A DNA stretch of 64,000 nucleotides from Patescibacteria group bacterium (GCA_041649475.1 JBAZNA010000001.1:24895-88894); one strand, 5' to 3'. Counted from the stretch's first letter, positions 1-8,876 are shown. The notes: generated from the letters alone by a model not told the origin. A program made the numbers and translations.

Positions 1-69
1 CTGAAAATTAAGGGCTGGAAGGGTCCGAAGGTAAATGTGATGAAGAAGAGTGCAGGAGACCCTATCTAA
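1..69 (+). CDS. 3' end of an upstream gene entering the window (reads ...LKIKGWKGPKVNVMKKSAGDPI*); product unknown
   Basis: Open frame from the window edge to TAA at 67-69. No start codon is visible, so it is partial. Confidence 0.25.
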   Translation: MKIKGWKGPKVNVMKKSAGDPI

Positions 70-94
70 TGGCGGCAAACATGATTGCGTACGC

Positions 95-167
95 GGGTCG
101 CTAGCTCAGCTGGTAGAGCAGATCCCTCTTAAGGATAAGGTCCAGGGTTCGATCCCCTGGCGACCCA
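95..167 (+). tRNA. tRNA-Lys (anticodon CTT)
   Basis: Cloverleaf by eye: acceptor GGGTCGC/GCGACCC, D-arm GCTC-AGCTGGTA-GAGC, anticodon loop CTCTTAA, T-arm CAGGG-TTCGATC-CCCTG, discriminator A. No CCA encoded. Confidence 0.8.
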
Positions 168-174
168 CAATTTT

Positions 175-246
175 GCCTCCATAGTTTAATGGATAAAATT
201 CTAGGCTTCGAACCTAGCGATGGGAGTTCGATTCTCTCTGGAGGCA
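175..246 (+). tRNA. tRNA-Arg (anticodon TCG)
   Basis: Acceptor GCCTCCA/TGGAGGC, anticodon stem CTAGG/CCTAG with loop CTTCGAA, T-loop TTCGATT. Confidence 0.8.
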
Positions 247-257
247 CGAGAAGTAAT

Positions 258-1079
258 TTACACGATCAAACCATCCACTTTCACCTTTTCTTCCTGATAG
301 AAATTATTTTCACCCAGCACTGCGGTGATTTCTTTTTTTAAGTCCTCCAAACCGGTTTGGCTGTCTGACATCGGAATAATTACAAACGGCAAGTCCTTGG
401 AAAATCTCTCTTCGCCAAAACCGTGATGGCCAAAAGCAATATTTATCGCCACCTTTAATTCTTCAAGCGTATAGTCAGCCGGCAAATGTTTTCGTTCAAT
501 AATAAATCCCATCGGCAAGCCGATTTCTCTGTTGGGATTAAACCCGCCGATACCATCATAATAAACCACGCGGGCCACATGAAACTCGGCCGGGCGCTCC
601 ATCTCTTCGGCCGGGATGTGATTATAATTTTCTTCATGCCCTAAACGGCCCATTTCTTCAGCAACCATTTTTGACCAATTTTTAGCATAATTTTCAATCT
701 GTTCAGCTGTTGGGTTAGTGCCCGGGAAATCCCTTTTATACGCCAAACCAGCTGCCCCACAACCCTCATGACTGGTAACCTCGGTTATACCTAAATCAAC
801 AAACATTTTAGCTGTTTTAGCAATCCGTTCTTCTTCAGAATTTGCCGGAAACAAAATTCCGGACCCGGCCAGACAAAATTTATTCTCCCCGCCATAATCT
901 TTAAAAGCAGTGCCTTCATCCATACAAACCACACACTGCAAGTCCTTGACAAAAGCATGTTTTAAATCCGGAAATTCTGTTTTAAAATATTTTTCCGCGC
1001 CGTCATTTAATAAAATTTTGATTTCGTCATTTTCCGCCTCCCAGGCAGATTGTTTTTCCTGCTCAATTTGGTCATCCAT
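258..1079 (-). CDS. Hypothetical protein, CxDG...HxxCGAAGL family (beta-carbonic-anhydrase-like metal-site motif); paralog of 1198-1896
   Basis: 273-aa ORF. It has CMDEGT about 50 residues upstream of SHEGCGAAGL. The same two motifs recur in the next gene. Confidence 0.6.
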   Translation of the reverse strand: MDDQIEQEKQSAWEAENDEIKILLNDGAEKYFKTEFPDLKHAFVKDLQCVVCMDEGTAFKDYGGENKFCLAGSGILFPANSEEERIAKTAKMFVDLGITEVTSHEGCGAAGLAYKRDFPGTNPTAEQIENYAKNWSKMVAEEMGRLGHEENYNHIPAEEMERPAEFHVARVVYYDGIGGFNPNREIGLPMGFIIERKHLPADYTLEELKVAINIAFGHHGFGEERFSKDLPFVIIPMSDSQTGLEDLKKEITAVLGENNFYQEEKVKVDGLIV

Positions 1080-1197
1080 ATAAAAAAGTTAAAATTATAT
1101 CTAAAAGATACTATTTTTTACCGCAAAAGTCAAACAAAAAAACTCGCAGTGCCGACCCGTCGTCGGATTCACTGCGAGCGTTATGAACAAAGAGCAA

Positions 1198-1896
1198 CTA
1201 CGAGTACAGGGCGTGCGGATAGTGCTCCAAAAGCCACTTCTCCGCGGCCTTGGTGGAGATGAAATAGGTGCGCTTGCGGGCGCTATTGCCGCCGTTGCCG
1301 TCATCGCCATAGTCCACATGCACAAAGCACGGAAACTTGACGTTCGTGAAAACGGGCATGGCCTTGAGACGGCGTTTAGCCTTGATGAGGCATGAGATCT
1401 CCTCCACAAAACTCATACCACAGAGCCCAGCCGCTCCACACGGCGCGTGGATGCAAAGTCCGACGGTCTTGATCTGCTTCATGCGAATGCCCAGCCAGAC
1501 ATTGATCATCAGTATGATATCCTGACGCATCGCCTTGCCCATGAACCAGATGACAGGGTAGAGGAGTAACAGCAAGATGCGCCAGCCGAAATCGAGATTG
1601 TTCTCAACCAGAAACTCGTAGTAGAACCTCGACATGTTGGCGAGCGGACTGGACGGCGAGAGTGCCAGCGCGCCACCATTTATTGCGAACAGATGAACAC
1701 GTTCGGCGCCGTATTGAGCCTCAACCAGAAGCCCGATGTGCTTCTTCATCTCGGGAAGCTGGTCCCCGTCGCTACACACACCGCCCAAGATGATGCCATT
1801 GTGCAACATCAACTTGCTGTCCGCCAGCTCGGTCAGGATGTTTGCTTTGCGGGCTTCCAGGACCTGCTCCCGATCCCTTTCGGACAACTTACCCAT
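1198..1896 (-). CDS. Hypothetical protein, second member of the CxDG...HxxCGAAGL family, with a hydrophobic insertion; GC-rich relative to its surroundings
   Basis: 232-aa ORF with CSDGD and HAPCGAAGL, and a TM-like insert WRILLLLLYPVIWFMG between them. The DNA from about 1150 to 1900 is visibly GC-richer than neighbours. Confidence 0.55.
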   Translation of the reverse strand: MGKLSERDREQVLEARKANILTELADSKLMLHNGIILGGVCSDGDQLPEMKKHIGLLVEAQYGAERVHLFAINGGALALSPSSPLANMSRFYYEFLVENNLDFGWRILLLLLYPVIWFMGKAMRQDIILMINVWLGIRMKQIKTVGLCIHAPCGAAGLCGMSFVEEISCLIKAKRRLKAMPVFTNVKFPCFVHVDYGDDGNGGNSARKRTYFISTKAAEKWLLEHYPHALYS

Positions 1897-2230
1897 GGCC
1901 TGCCTCCATTATATGGCTCCGCCTGACGGCGGATTGTTAACAAAATATGCGGCATTAGATTACCACAATTTTTTGAAACGGTCAAGGATCTGCTCCCGGT
2001 AAAAATTTATAAAATTTTTAATTTTTCTTCACCTGTGCATAACTTTGTCTTTATCCCCTTCACTTTTAGATAAAAACATTCTATAATAAAGGTGGTCGAG
2101 AAAATTTTTTACAGCAATGCTTGTCTTGTAAAAAATTCTTCAATAGATTTTTTCTATCGCTCGCGAGGAGAAAAAATTTATAATCATTTCTTAATCCCGG
2201 CATTGCCGGGAGAGAAAGGGGGTGTCTACT

Positions 2231-2287
2231 ATGGCCAAGAAGAAGAAAGCAAAGAAGAAAGTTAAGAAAGCTAAGAAACGACGTTAG
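2231..2287 (+). CDS. 18-codon lysine-rich small ORF (MAKKKKAKKKVKKAKKRR)
   Basis: ATG sits 7 nt after the purine-rich RBS gggagagaaaggggg. A small hairpin cccggcattgccggg lies just upstream. A strong terminator follows immediately. Confidence 0.4.
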   Translation: MAKKKKAKKKVKKAKKRR

Positions 2288-2292
2288 TCACA

Positions 2293-2330
2293 AAAAATCT
2301 TCCCGTTTAAATTGGGAAGATTTTTTTGTT
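2293..2330. terminator. Bidirectional rho-independent terminator (AAAAATCTTCCC-gtttaaatt-GGGAAGATTTTTTT)
   Basis: 12-bp perfect stem flanked by an A-run and a T-run. It lies between convergent genes (small ORF + strand, PHP gene - strand). Confidence 0.7.
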
Positions 2331-2365
2331 TATAATTTTATCCATTGCCGCAGGCGGGGCTAAAA

Positions 2366-3679
2366 TTAGAGCAATCTGGACTGTTTTAAATCGTTTTTTC
2401 TCCCGTCAGTTAACACTTCAACAACACCAAATTCTCCGTCATACCCCGGGTGCACCTTCACATGCCCGGCCCGCATATTGGCTATGGCTGTTAAAATATT
2501 GGCATCAGAAATATTTTTTTCAATTTCTTCTAAGCCCGCGTCCAATAAAATATAAAATTCACTGCCGATCTTTTTTATCATTAAATCATACTCGTTTTTT
2601 ACTTTTTTACTCGCCGGACCGACGTCGTATACTTTTCCCAGCACTTCTTTTAAAGGCACAATATACTTGTGCGGGATGAACTTATCCACAGGAATATTAT
2701 TTTCTTCGCGATCGGCCAAATCATCAACGCGGTGCAGAACGCCAACCGTTACCGGTTTCTTGCATTTCGGACAAATAAATTTTTTGGCCTTGGTTTCTTT
2801 TGGTGATAAAACGATTTCGCAATCGCGATGGCCGTCAAAATGATACTTTCCTTCCTCCGGATAAAATTCAATCGTGTATAAAAACTTTTTCTTATCACCG
2901 GTTTTGATAATGCGCGTGATTTCGTCATAATTTATATCCGCTTCATCCGCAAATTCAAACCGGTTGGCTTCCCTGCCTAAATTATTGAGGCCGTGCGCAT
3001 CGGAGTTTGATACCAGAGTAATGTTATCCAGTTTAGACAGCCGATGATTCATCGGTGGATCGCTGGAAAGCCCGGTTTCTCCGGCTTTTACATGCGGGGT
3101 CAGCTCTTCAAAGCACTCTTCAAATGAGTCATACCCGGATTTTGAACCCAAAACCGAAAACCACGGCGTCCAAATGTGGGCCGGTATCAGCATAAACCTC
3201 GGATCAATAGCCAAAATCATGCTTAAAATTACTTTTGCCGATAAACCCATAATCGGCCGACCGTCTGATCTGACATTTATATTTTTTTCTTCCAAAGCCC
3301 GATTAAATTTTTCTACTGCTTCAATACTTGGCGCCAAAATCAACAAATGCACCCGCCGGGTTTTATCTTTATGTTTGTAGATACACGAAATTTCAGTGCT
3401 TAAAATAAATTTTGTCGGGCTGGAATTATCTTTTAATTTATAAATTCCGGCGCCGGCGGCAACCTCCACTAAACTTTCTTTTATATGTTTAAACCACAGA
3501 GGATGGGTGTAGTCGCCGGTCGCCACGATATCAATCCCCTTGCCTTCGCAGGCCTTGGCAATTTTTGGCAATTCTAATTCAGCCGAGCAGGCCCGGGAAT
3601 AACGCGAGTGGATATGCAAATCCAGAATTTTTTTAAGCACAAATCTTTTCTTATGTGTCCAGCCCTTTTTGAAAAGCAT
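2366..3679 (-). CDS. PHP-domain phosphoesterase with C-terminal Zn-ribbon, endonuclease Q-like
   Basis: N-terminal DLHIHSRYSRACS (PHP metal motif) and C-terminal CPKCKKP...H zinc-ribbon-like segment. 437 aa. Confidence 0.6.
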   Translation of the reverse strand: MLFKKGWTHKKRFVLKKILDLHIHSRYSRACSAELELPKIAKACEGKGIDIVATGDYTHPLWFKHIKESLVEVAAGAGIYKLKDNSSPTKFILSTEISCIYKHKDKTRRVHLLILAPSIEAVEKFNRALEEKNINVRSDGRPIMGLSAKVILSMILAIDPRFMLIPAHIWTPWFSVLGSKSGYDSFEECFEELTPHVKAGETGLSSDPPMNHRLSKLDNITLVSNSDAHGLNNLGREANRFEFADEADINYDEITRIIKTGDKKKFLYTIEFYPEEGKYHFDGHRDCEIVLSPKETKAKKFICPKCKKPVTVGVLHRVDDLADREENNIPVDKFIPHKYIVPLKEVLGKVYDVGPASKKVKNEYDLMIKKIGSEFYILLDAGLEEIEKNISDANILTAIANMRAGHVKVHPGYDGEFGVVEVLTDGRKNDLKQSRLL

Positions 3680-4127
3680 TTTTATTTTCCTCCCAGCCAG
3701 CTTTTTCTTTCAGCCGTCCTTCAAGCAGCATCAGGGTTTCGGCAATCTTTAAAACGCCCTTGTGTTCCAACAGTTTCGCCAAAAGTCCGAGAAAAAATAC
3801 ATTAAAATTTTTCGCCTGCAGTCCGGCAAGACCCGCGTAATCCTTAACATCAAAAATTTTTACATCATCGGATATATAATTTGTTGTCCGCTCCCTGGCC
3901 TGATCGGACATGATCACCAAAATATCCGGTTCAGTGAATTTCGGATAAGAAATGCCTTTGTCGCTGATTTGGATAAAGGCCAAAGACACGCCTCCCCTTT
4001 GTTCCAGCCCGTAATTGGGAATATAGGTAACGTGCTTGTTGTTTTCAAAAACGGCCTTGCAGATAACGTCAGCCATCAGCTGAATTCCCTGGCCCCCGTC
4101 GCCGGCTAAAATTATTTTTAACAGCAT
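3651..4127 (-). CDS. 2-oxoacid:ferredoxin oxidoreductase, gamma subunit
   Basis: AGDGGQG motif near the N-terminus. Size about 158 aa. Last gene of an alpha-beta-gamma run. Confidence 0.8.
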   Translation of the reverse strand: MLLKIILAGDGGQGIQLMADVICKAVFENNKHVTYIPNYGLEQRGGVSLAFIQISDKGISYPKFTEPDILVIMSDQARERTTNYISDDVKIFDVKDYAGLAGLQAKNFNVFFLGLLAKLLEHKGVLKIAETLMLLEGRLKEKAGWEENKNAFQKGLDT

Positions 4128-4129
4128 AA

Positions 4130-4804
4130 TTAAATTTCTCCTGTTTTAAAAGTTTGTTTTAAATTTTCCAAATAGGCAATCGTGCCCTGACCAATGGTTT
4201 TCCAATTGGTCGGACAGAAAGACAAAAATTCAATTAGTGAAAAATGACCCGCTTGCTGGGTTTCAATTGCTTTGCGGATAAATTCCTGCATTTGTTTAAC
4301 GTCGTTTACGGCGGTTCTGGCCAAATACGCGCCTTCCTGCACTACGCTTTTTAACAGCTCCGGGCCAAACAACGCCTCCTCTTCATAACCATGAGGATGG
4401 GTGTCGGTCTTTTGTCCTTTTAAAGTTGTCGGCGCGGTCTGACCGCCGGTCATCCCGTAAAGTGTGTTGTTTATTACAAAAACCGTGATTGGCTCATCGC
4501 GCCTGGCCGCATATAATAAGCTCTGCAAACCAATTGCATAGGCCCCGCCGTCGCCGGTATAACCAAAACACAAGGACTCCGGCCTGGCTTTCTTAAAACC
4601 CATCATTGTCGGAGTCACCCGGCCGTGGTGGGTCTGAAAGGTGTTTACCGGCAAAAAATTCCAGGCCAAAAGCGAACAACCGATGTCCAAACCCAAAACA
4701 GCTTTGTCTTCAAATTTTAAATCTTTCAGAACTTTCCCCAGCATCATGAGCACTATCGGGTGTCCACAGCCGGCGCAAAATTTTGACGGTGCTAAATTCG
4801 GCAT
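4130..4804 (-). CDS. 2-oxoacid:ferredoxin oxidoreductase, beta (TPP-binding) subunit
   Basis: CAGCGH motif and GDGG...TGGQ TPP-binding region. 3-nt spacings to its neighbours suggest translational coupling. Confidence 0.85.
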   Translation of the reverse strand: MPNLAPSKFCAGCGHPIVLMMLGKVLKDLKFEDKAVLGLDIGCSLLAWNFLPVNTFQTHHGRVTPTMMGFKKARPESLCFGYTGDGGAYAIGLQSLLYAARRDEPITVFVINNTLYGMTGGQTAPTTLKGQKTDTHPHGYEEEALFGPELLKSVVQEGAYLARTAVNDVKQMQEFIRKAIETQQAGHFSLIEFLSFCPTNWKTIGQGTIAYLENLKQTFKTGEI

Positions 4805-4805
4805 A

Positions 4806-5834
4806 CTATTTTAAAAATTTTATAATCTCTTCCGGTTCAATCCCCAAAGCCGGATGCTGTAAATATTCAAATGGAACTGAAACTTCCGGAGCCAGCTGGT
4901 CGCGCACTATCCTGGCCAACTGTCCCAAACTTGATTCAATAACGATGATTTTTTCTACATTCTTACAAACTTTATCCAATTCTTTTTTGGGAAACGGGCT
5001 TAAAGTGACAGGACGGAACAACCCGACTTTTTTTCCTTTCTCCCGCAGATGATCAACCGCGGACTTTGCACTCGCCCCGACAATTCCGTGAGCGATTAAT
5101 AAAATCTTGGCATCTTTAGTTTGATATTCTTCGGCTTCGGCAATTTTTCCGGCCATTTTATGAAAATCTTTTTGCGACTCTAAAACATGGTCGTGCAACT
5201 CTTCCTCAAAGGTATAAATATTTCGCCAATGCCTGATTTCTTCGTCTTTGATAAACTGCTGGGCCGGAATATTTTTTAGACCATCTGTTAATTCTGAAAA
5301 ATCAATCACACCCTTGGTTTTGAGCATGTAACCGTCAGTTAAAACAATCGCCGGAAAATGATACTGCCAAGCGTTATTAAACGCTTTTCTCGTCAACAAA
5401 TAAAGCTCATCCAAATTTGCAGGAGAATAAACAATGCGCATTCCCTCGCCATTGCCCCCATAACAGGCCAAAATAACCTCCTGCTGGGAATAAATCACTG
5501 TGCCGGAGCTTGGCCCGCCTCTTTGCGCAATAACAGCCACAAAAGGCAACCTCATGCCTTCGGCCATGCTCAAGGCGTCCTGCATCAAGATATGTCCCGG
5601 CCCGGCCGTGGCCGTAAAACATTTCTGCCCGGCCAGCACTCCCCCGCAGACCCCAAAACCAGCCGCGATTTCATCTTCGGTCTGTAAATACTTACCGCCT
5701 TTTTTTATCCAACCGGTAAAAACCTCGGTTGCCGGCGTGATCGGGTAACCATACATCATTTCAGCCCCGGCATCCTGCGCTGCTCTGGCTACCACTTCGG
5801 CTCCGGTTGTAAATTGTTTTTTATTATTTAGCAT
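4806..5834 (-). CDS. 2-oxoacid:ferredoxin oxidoreductase, alpha subunit
   Basis: N-terminal TGAEVVARAAQDAGAEMMYGYPITPATE, characteristic of the KorA/PorA alpha subunit. Confidence 0.85.
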   Translation of the reverse strand: MLNNKKQFTTGAEVVARAAQDAGAEMMYGYPITPATEVFTGWIKKGGKYLQTEDEIAAGFGVCGGVLAGQKCFTATAGPGHILMQDALSMAEGMRLPFVAVIAQRGGPSSGTVIYSQQEVILACYGGNGEGMRIVYSPANLDELYLLTRKAFNNAWQYHFPAIVLTDGYMLKTKGVIDFSELTDGLKNIPAQQFIKDEEIRHWRNIYTFEEELHDHVLESQKDFHKMAGKIAEAEEYQTKDAKILLIAHGIVGASAKSAVDHLREKGKKVGLFRPVTLSPFPKKELDKVCKNVEKIIVIESSLGQLARIVRDQLAPEVSVPFEYLQHPALGIEPEEIIKFLK

Positions 5835-5839
5835 ACAAA

Positions 5840-6589
5840 TTATATGGCCTCGGCCAACTGCAGTTCCTCTTGTGAATTAACTCCCAAGGCCTCTCTGGCA
5901 TTGATCAGTACAGAAGAAGTTTTCTGTTCGTCATCAATTGCCTGTTTTACCAAATCCGTAAGATAATATTCCTGCTGAGCGTTATTATTTTTTAAATTCT
6001 TTAAATTTTTCCATAACCAATCTGCCTGAAAACAAAAGTAAGCCGGATTTATTTCTTTTATTTCTAATTCTTCCGCAGTCGCATCCTTTTTTTCAACAAT
6101 TTTCGCAATGCGCCCATCGCTGTCACGCACGATTCTGCCAAAATTATAAAAAGGCATGCGCCAATCCTCAAAATCAGGTACAACAGCGGTCATCATTGTG
6201 ATAATATCGTTATTATCCAAATGAATTTTTATCAATTTAGCAACTGATTGGCTGGTTAAATATGGATGGTCGCCATACAGCACGATAATATGGCCCACTT
6301 TATCTTTGAGCAAACTTTCGGCGCAAGCCACGGCGTGGCCGGTACCTAACTGTTCGGTTTGCACGGCAAAATTAACCCGATCACCCAAAAAATCACGCAC
6401 CAAATTATTGGTATTACTTACCACCACCGTTGGTTTAATTCCCAAACCTTCAACCACCCTGACAACATAATCTACTATTGGCTTACCTTTTAATTGATGC
6501 AATACTTTTGGCAAATCACTTTTCATTCTTTTACCCTGACCAGCCGCCAAAATCACAGCGCCCACATTGGTAAATTGTTCTTGCGTCAT
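5840..6589 (-). CDS. Sugar-1-phosphate nucleotidyltransferase, GlmU N-terminal (uridyltransferase) domain only
   Basis: VILAAGQGKRMKSDLPKVLH, EQLGTGHAV and NNAQQEYYLTD match the GlmU pyrophosphorylase domain. No left-handed beta-helix acetyltransferase domain follows (249 aa). Confidence 0.75.
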   Translation of the reverse strand: MTQEQFTNVGAVILAAGQGKRMKSDLPKVLHQLKGKPIVDYVVRVVEGLGIKPTVVVSNTNNLVRDFLGDRVNFAVQTEQLGTGHAVACAESLLKDKVGHIIVLYGDHPYLTSQSVAKLIKIHLDNNDIITMMTAVVPDFEDWRMPFYNFGRIVRDSDGRIAKIVEKKDATAEELEIKEINPAYFCFQADWLWKNLKNLKNNNAQQEYYLTDLVKQAIDDEQKTSSVLINAREALGVNSQEELQLAEAI

Positions 6590-6595
6590 AGAATT

Positions 6596-7414
6596 TTAGC
6601 CGTTTAAAACAATTTCAGCGATATCCGCAAACCGCTTTGCAACGGTTCCGTCTAAAAATTTTTGCTGGGTTTTTTCATCAGAATACTGGGAAATTTCCTG
6701 CCACAACGCCCGGCCGGCCAAAAATCCAACCGCCCCGGCCCCGACCGCTTCAACCAGTTCTTTTCTGAAAACTTCAAAAGAATCACCGCGAGTCAGCAAT
6801 ATCCAGGGGGTTTTGCCAACCATCTCCGTAATTTTTTTACACGATTTCGCGTCGCCCGGATATTCCAATTTCCAGACATCCGGAATAACATTTGCTGAAA
6901 TAAATTTTTGGAGTGACCTTAGCACCCATTCAGAACGGCTCTTGCCCAACTCCTCATTGCCGTAAGTAACAATCTCCAAAAACAACGGTAAATCATTTTG
7001 GTGTGCGTCTGCCAAAGCTTGCTTGGTAACTTCAATTTGCGCCGCGCAACTATCGGCTTCGGGATTAAAATATATGAGTAATTTGACGCCGCTGGCCCCC
7101 CACTCTTTTAATTGACTCGCTGTGTACTCCAATTCAGTTAACCGTTCGCCTTTCACGTCACTATAACCGGTCTTTTCCAGACACAAAAGAAACGGTTTTT
7201 TCTTGTCATAGCCGGGCAAACCCCAATCCGGATCAAGCAAAACCCCGCTGAATTGATCTTCCAGCGCCCCGGTAATCATTGATTTTACTTTTATCACTTC
7301 CGCATCGGTGGCGGTCTCGGGCGCTTTTGGTTTTACGTATTTTTTAAAACTGCCCCGGTGATCAAGGGCTAACATTAAGTATTTTCCGGCTTTTTGAAAT
7401 TGAGAAATAGACAT
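6596..7414 (-). CDS. Class I aldolase, LacD/DhnA-like TIM barrel (tagatose/fructose-bisphosphate aldolase family)
   Basis: MLALDHRGS motif near the N-terminus, as in LacD-type aldolases. 272 aa. Confidence 0.55.
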   Translation of the reverse strand: MSISQFQKAGKYLMLALDHRGSFKKYVKPKAPETATDAEVIKVKSMITGALEDQFSGVLLDPDWGLPGYDKKKPFLLCLEKTGYSDVKGERLTELEYTASQLKEWGASGVKLLIYFNPEADSCAAQIEVTKQALADAHQNDLPLFLEIVTYGNEELGKSRSEWVLRSLQKFISANVIPDVWKLEYPGDAKSCKKITEMVGKTPWILLTRGDSFEVFRKELVEAVGAGAVGFLAGRALWQEISQYSDEKTQQKFLDGTVAKRFADIAEIVLNG

Positions 7415-7437
7415 ATGCCGATATTATAACAAAGGGG

Positions 7438-7466
7438 CTTGACATAGGCAATACTGGTGGTATGCT
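7438..7466 (+). promoter_or_regulatory. Sigma70-type promoter (TTGACA, 16-nt spacer, TGgTATGCT extended -10) for the methyltransferase gene
   Basis: Read directly. RBS ggaggg and ATG at 7476 follow. Confidence 0.5.
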
Positions 7467-7475
7467 GGAGGGAAT

Positions 7476-8213
7476 ATGCAGAATGAACCCTTAAGCATCA
7501 AAACCTGGTGGGGAGAAGGCGGGGAATATCATATCGGGGAAGCACCCAGCGCCTACGTAATGAAAGACGGTATTAATTTTATCTCCCAGTATCTAAATGG
7601 CGGTAATCCGCTGGTGGATTTTGGAGTTTGGAGCGGACGTAATTTGGAACCACTCCTGTCGCTCAAAAAAAATGTCATGGCCACTGATATAAATTCGGCC
7701 AGACCGGCTGTGGCCAAGGCCAAAGAACGCTTTCCACAAGTACAATTTTTTGAATCCCCCTTAACCGCTCTTCCTTTTGATTGCAATTCCATCGGCGGAG
7801 GCATTTGCTGGCGCGTTCTTCATAACCTGATCGGCACGGCTGAAATTATTAATTCACTTAAAGAAATAAACCGTGTTTTAATACCTAATGCACCTCTCTT
7901 GGTAGCTGTCCGCACTGAAGAAGAACCCATTGGAACCGGATTTTGGAAAAAACTATCCAGCTATATTAAACAAAAACCCAATGGCGCCGGCGGCTCCAGA
8001 CGCGATATATATTTTACTGAAAAATCCTTCAATCTGCTGGCCACGCTAATGGGCTTTGAGGTTATCTTTTCCACTAAAATTTGGGAGAAAGAATCAATTA
8101 ACGGACAGGAACTAAACAATCAATATTTAGTCGCCCATCTTCTTAAAAAGAAAAACACCATGGATAGGGCCTGGATCGCCATGGTGCAACAATTTATTAT
8201 CCGCTTGGACTGA
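7476..8213 (+). CDS. Class I SAM-dependent methyltransferase
   Basis: VDFGVWSGRN (motif I-like) and acidic-residue motif ATDIN. 245 aa. Confidence 0.6.
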   Translation: MQNEPLSIKTWWGEGGEYHIGEAPSAYVMKDGINFISQYLNGGNPLVDFGVWSGRNLEPLLSLKKNVMATDINSARPAVAKAKERFPQVQFFESPLTALPFDCNSIGGGICWRVLHNLIGTAEIINSLKEINRVLIPNAPLLVAVRTEEEPIGTGFWKKLSSYIKQKPNGAGGSRRDIYFTEKSFNLLATLMGFEVIFSTKIWEKESINGQELNNQYLVAHLLKKKNTMDRAWIAMVQQFIIRLD

Positions 8214-8876
8214 TTATTTTTCGCCGTCCCATTCAGCCAAAAACTCTTCAATAAAATTATGAAGATACTGCTCTCTTTTTAAAGCAATAGCTTTGCCGAG
8301 TTTGGTATTCATCAGTTTCGGCAATTTGAAGGCCTTCTCGTAAAAATAATTAAAACTGGTGCCTTCTCTTTTTCTAAGCTGATAATCTTTTTTGCTCATC
8401 TTGCGGCGGGGTTTTCTTTTTGGATCATGAATCATGCGTTGGATATAACCGCCGGTGGCAAAAATCCGCGCTATCCCCAGCGCTCCAATAGTTTCCAGCC
8501 AGTCCGCGTCTTGAACAATTCTTCCTTCAATGGTTGATGGCACCCTGGTTTCACTGCCGTTAAATTGTGATTCGTCTATAATTTTTACTATTTTATCCTG
8601 CACATCTTTATCAATATCCAAAACATCCATCATTCCTAAAAGAATAAAAGGTCCCTTAAGGTCGCTCGTCTGATATTGTTGTCTGAAATTTTCAAATTCA
8701 TGAAGTAGCACTGCCAATTCAACCAATTCCAAATTGCCGCCTTCAGCTTTCTGAATCCGTTTTGCCATTTGCCAAACCCGCTCCACATGATACCAATCAT
8801 GGCCGGTGTGCTCGATTATAAGTTTTTGTTTGACGTATTCCGCTGTTTTTTGCACTAAATTTTGAGAAACAACCAT
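8214..8876 (-). CDS. HD-domain phosphohydrolase
   Basis: HDWYHVERV (H...HD) motif. 220 aa. Confidence 0.7.
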   Translation of the reverse strand: MVVSQNLVQKTAEYVKQKLIIEHTGHDWYHVERVWQMAKRIQKAEGGNLELVELAVLLHEFENFRQQYQTSDLKGPFILLGMMDVLDIDKDVQDKIVKIIDESQFNGSETRVPSTIEGRIVQDADWLETIGALGIARIFATGGYIQRMIHDPKRKPRRKMSKKDYQLRKREGTSFNYFYEKAFKLPKLMNTKLGKAIALKREQYLHNFIEEFLAEWDGEK

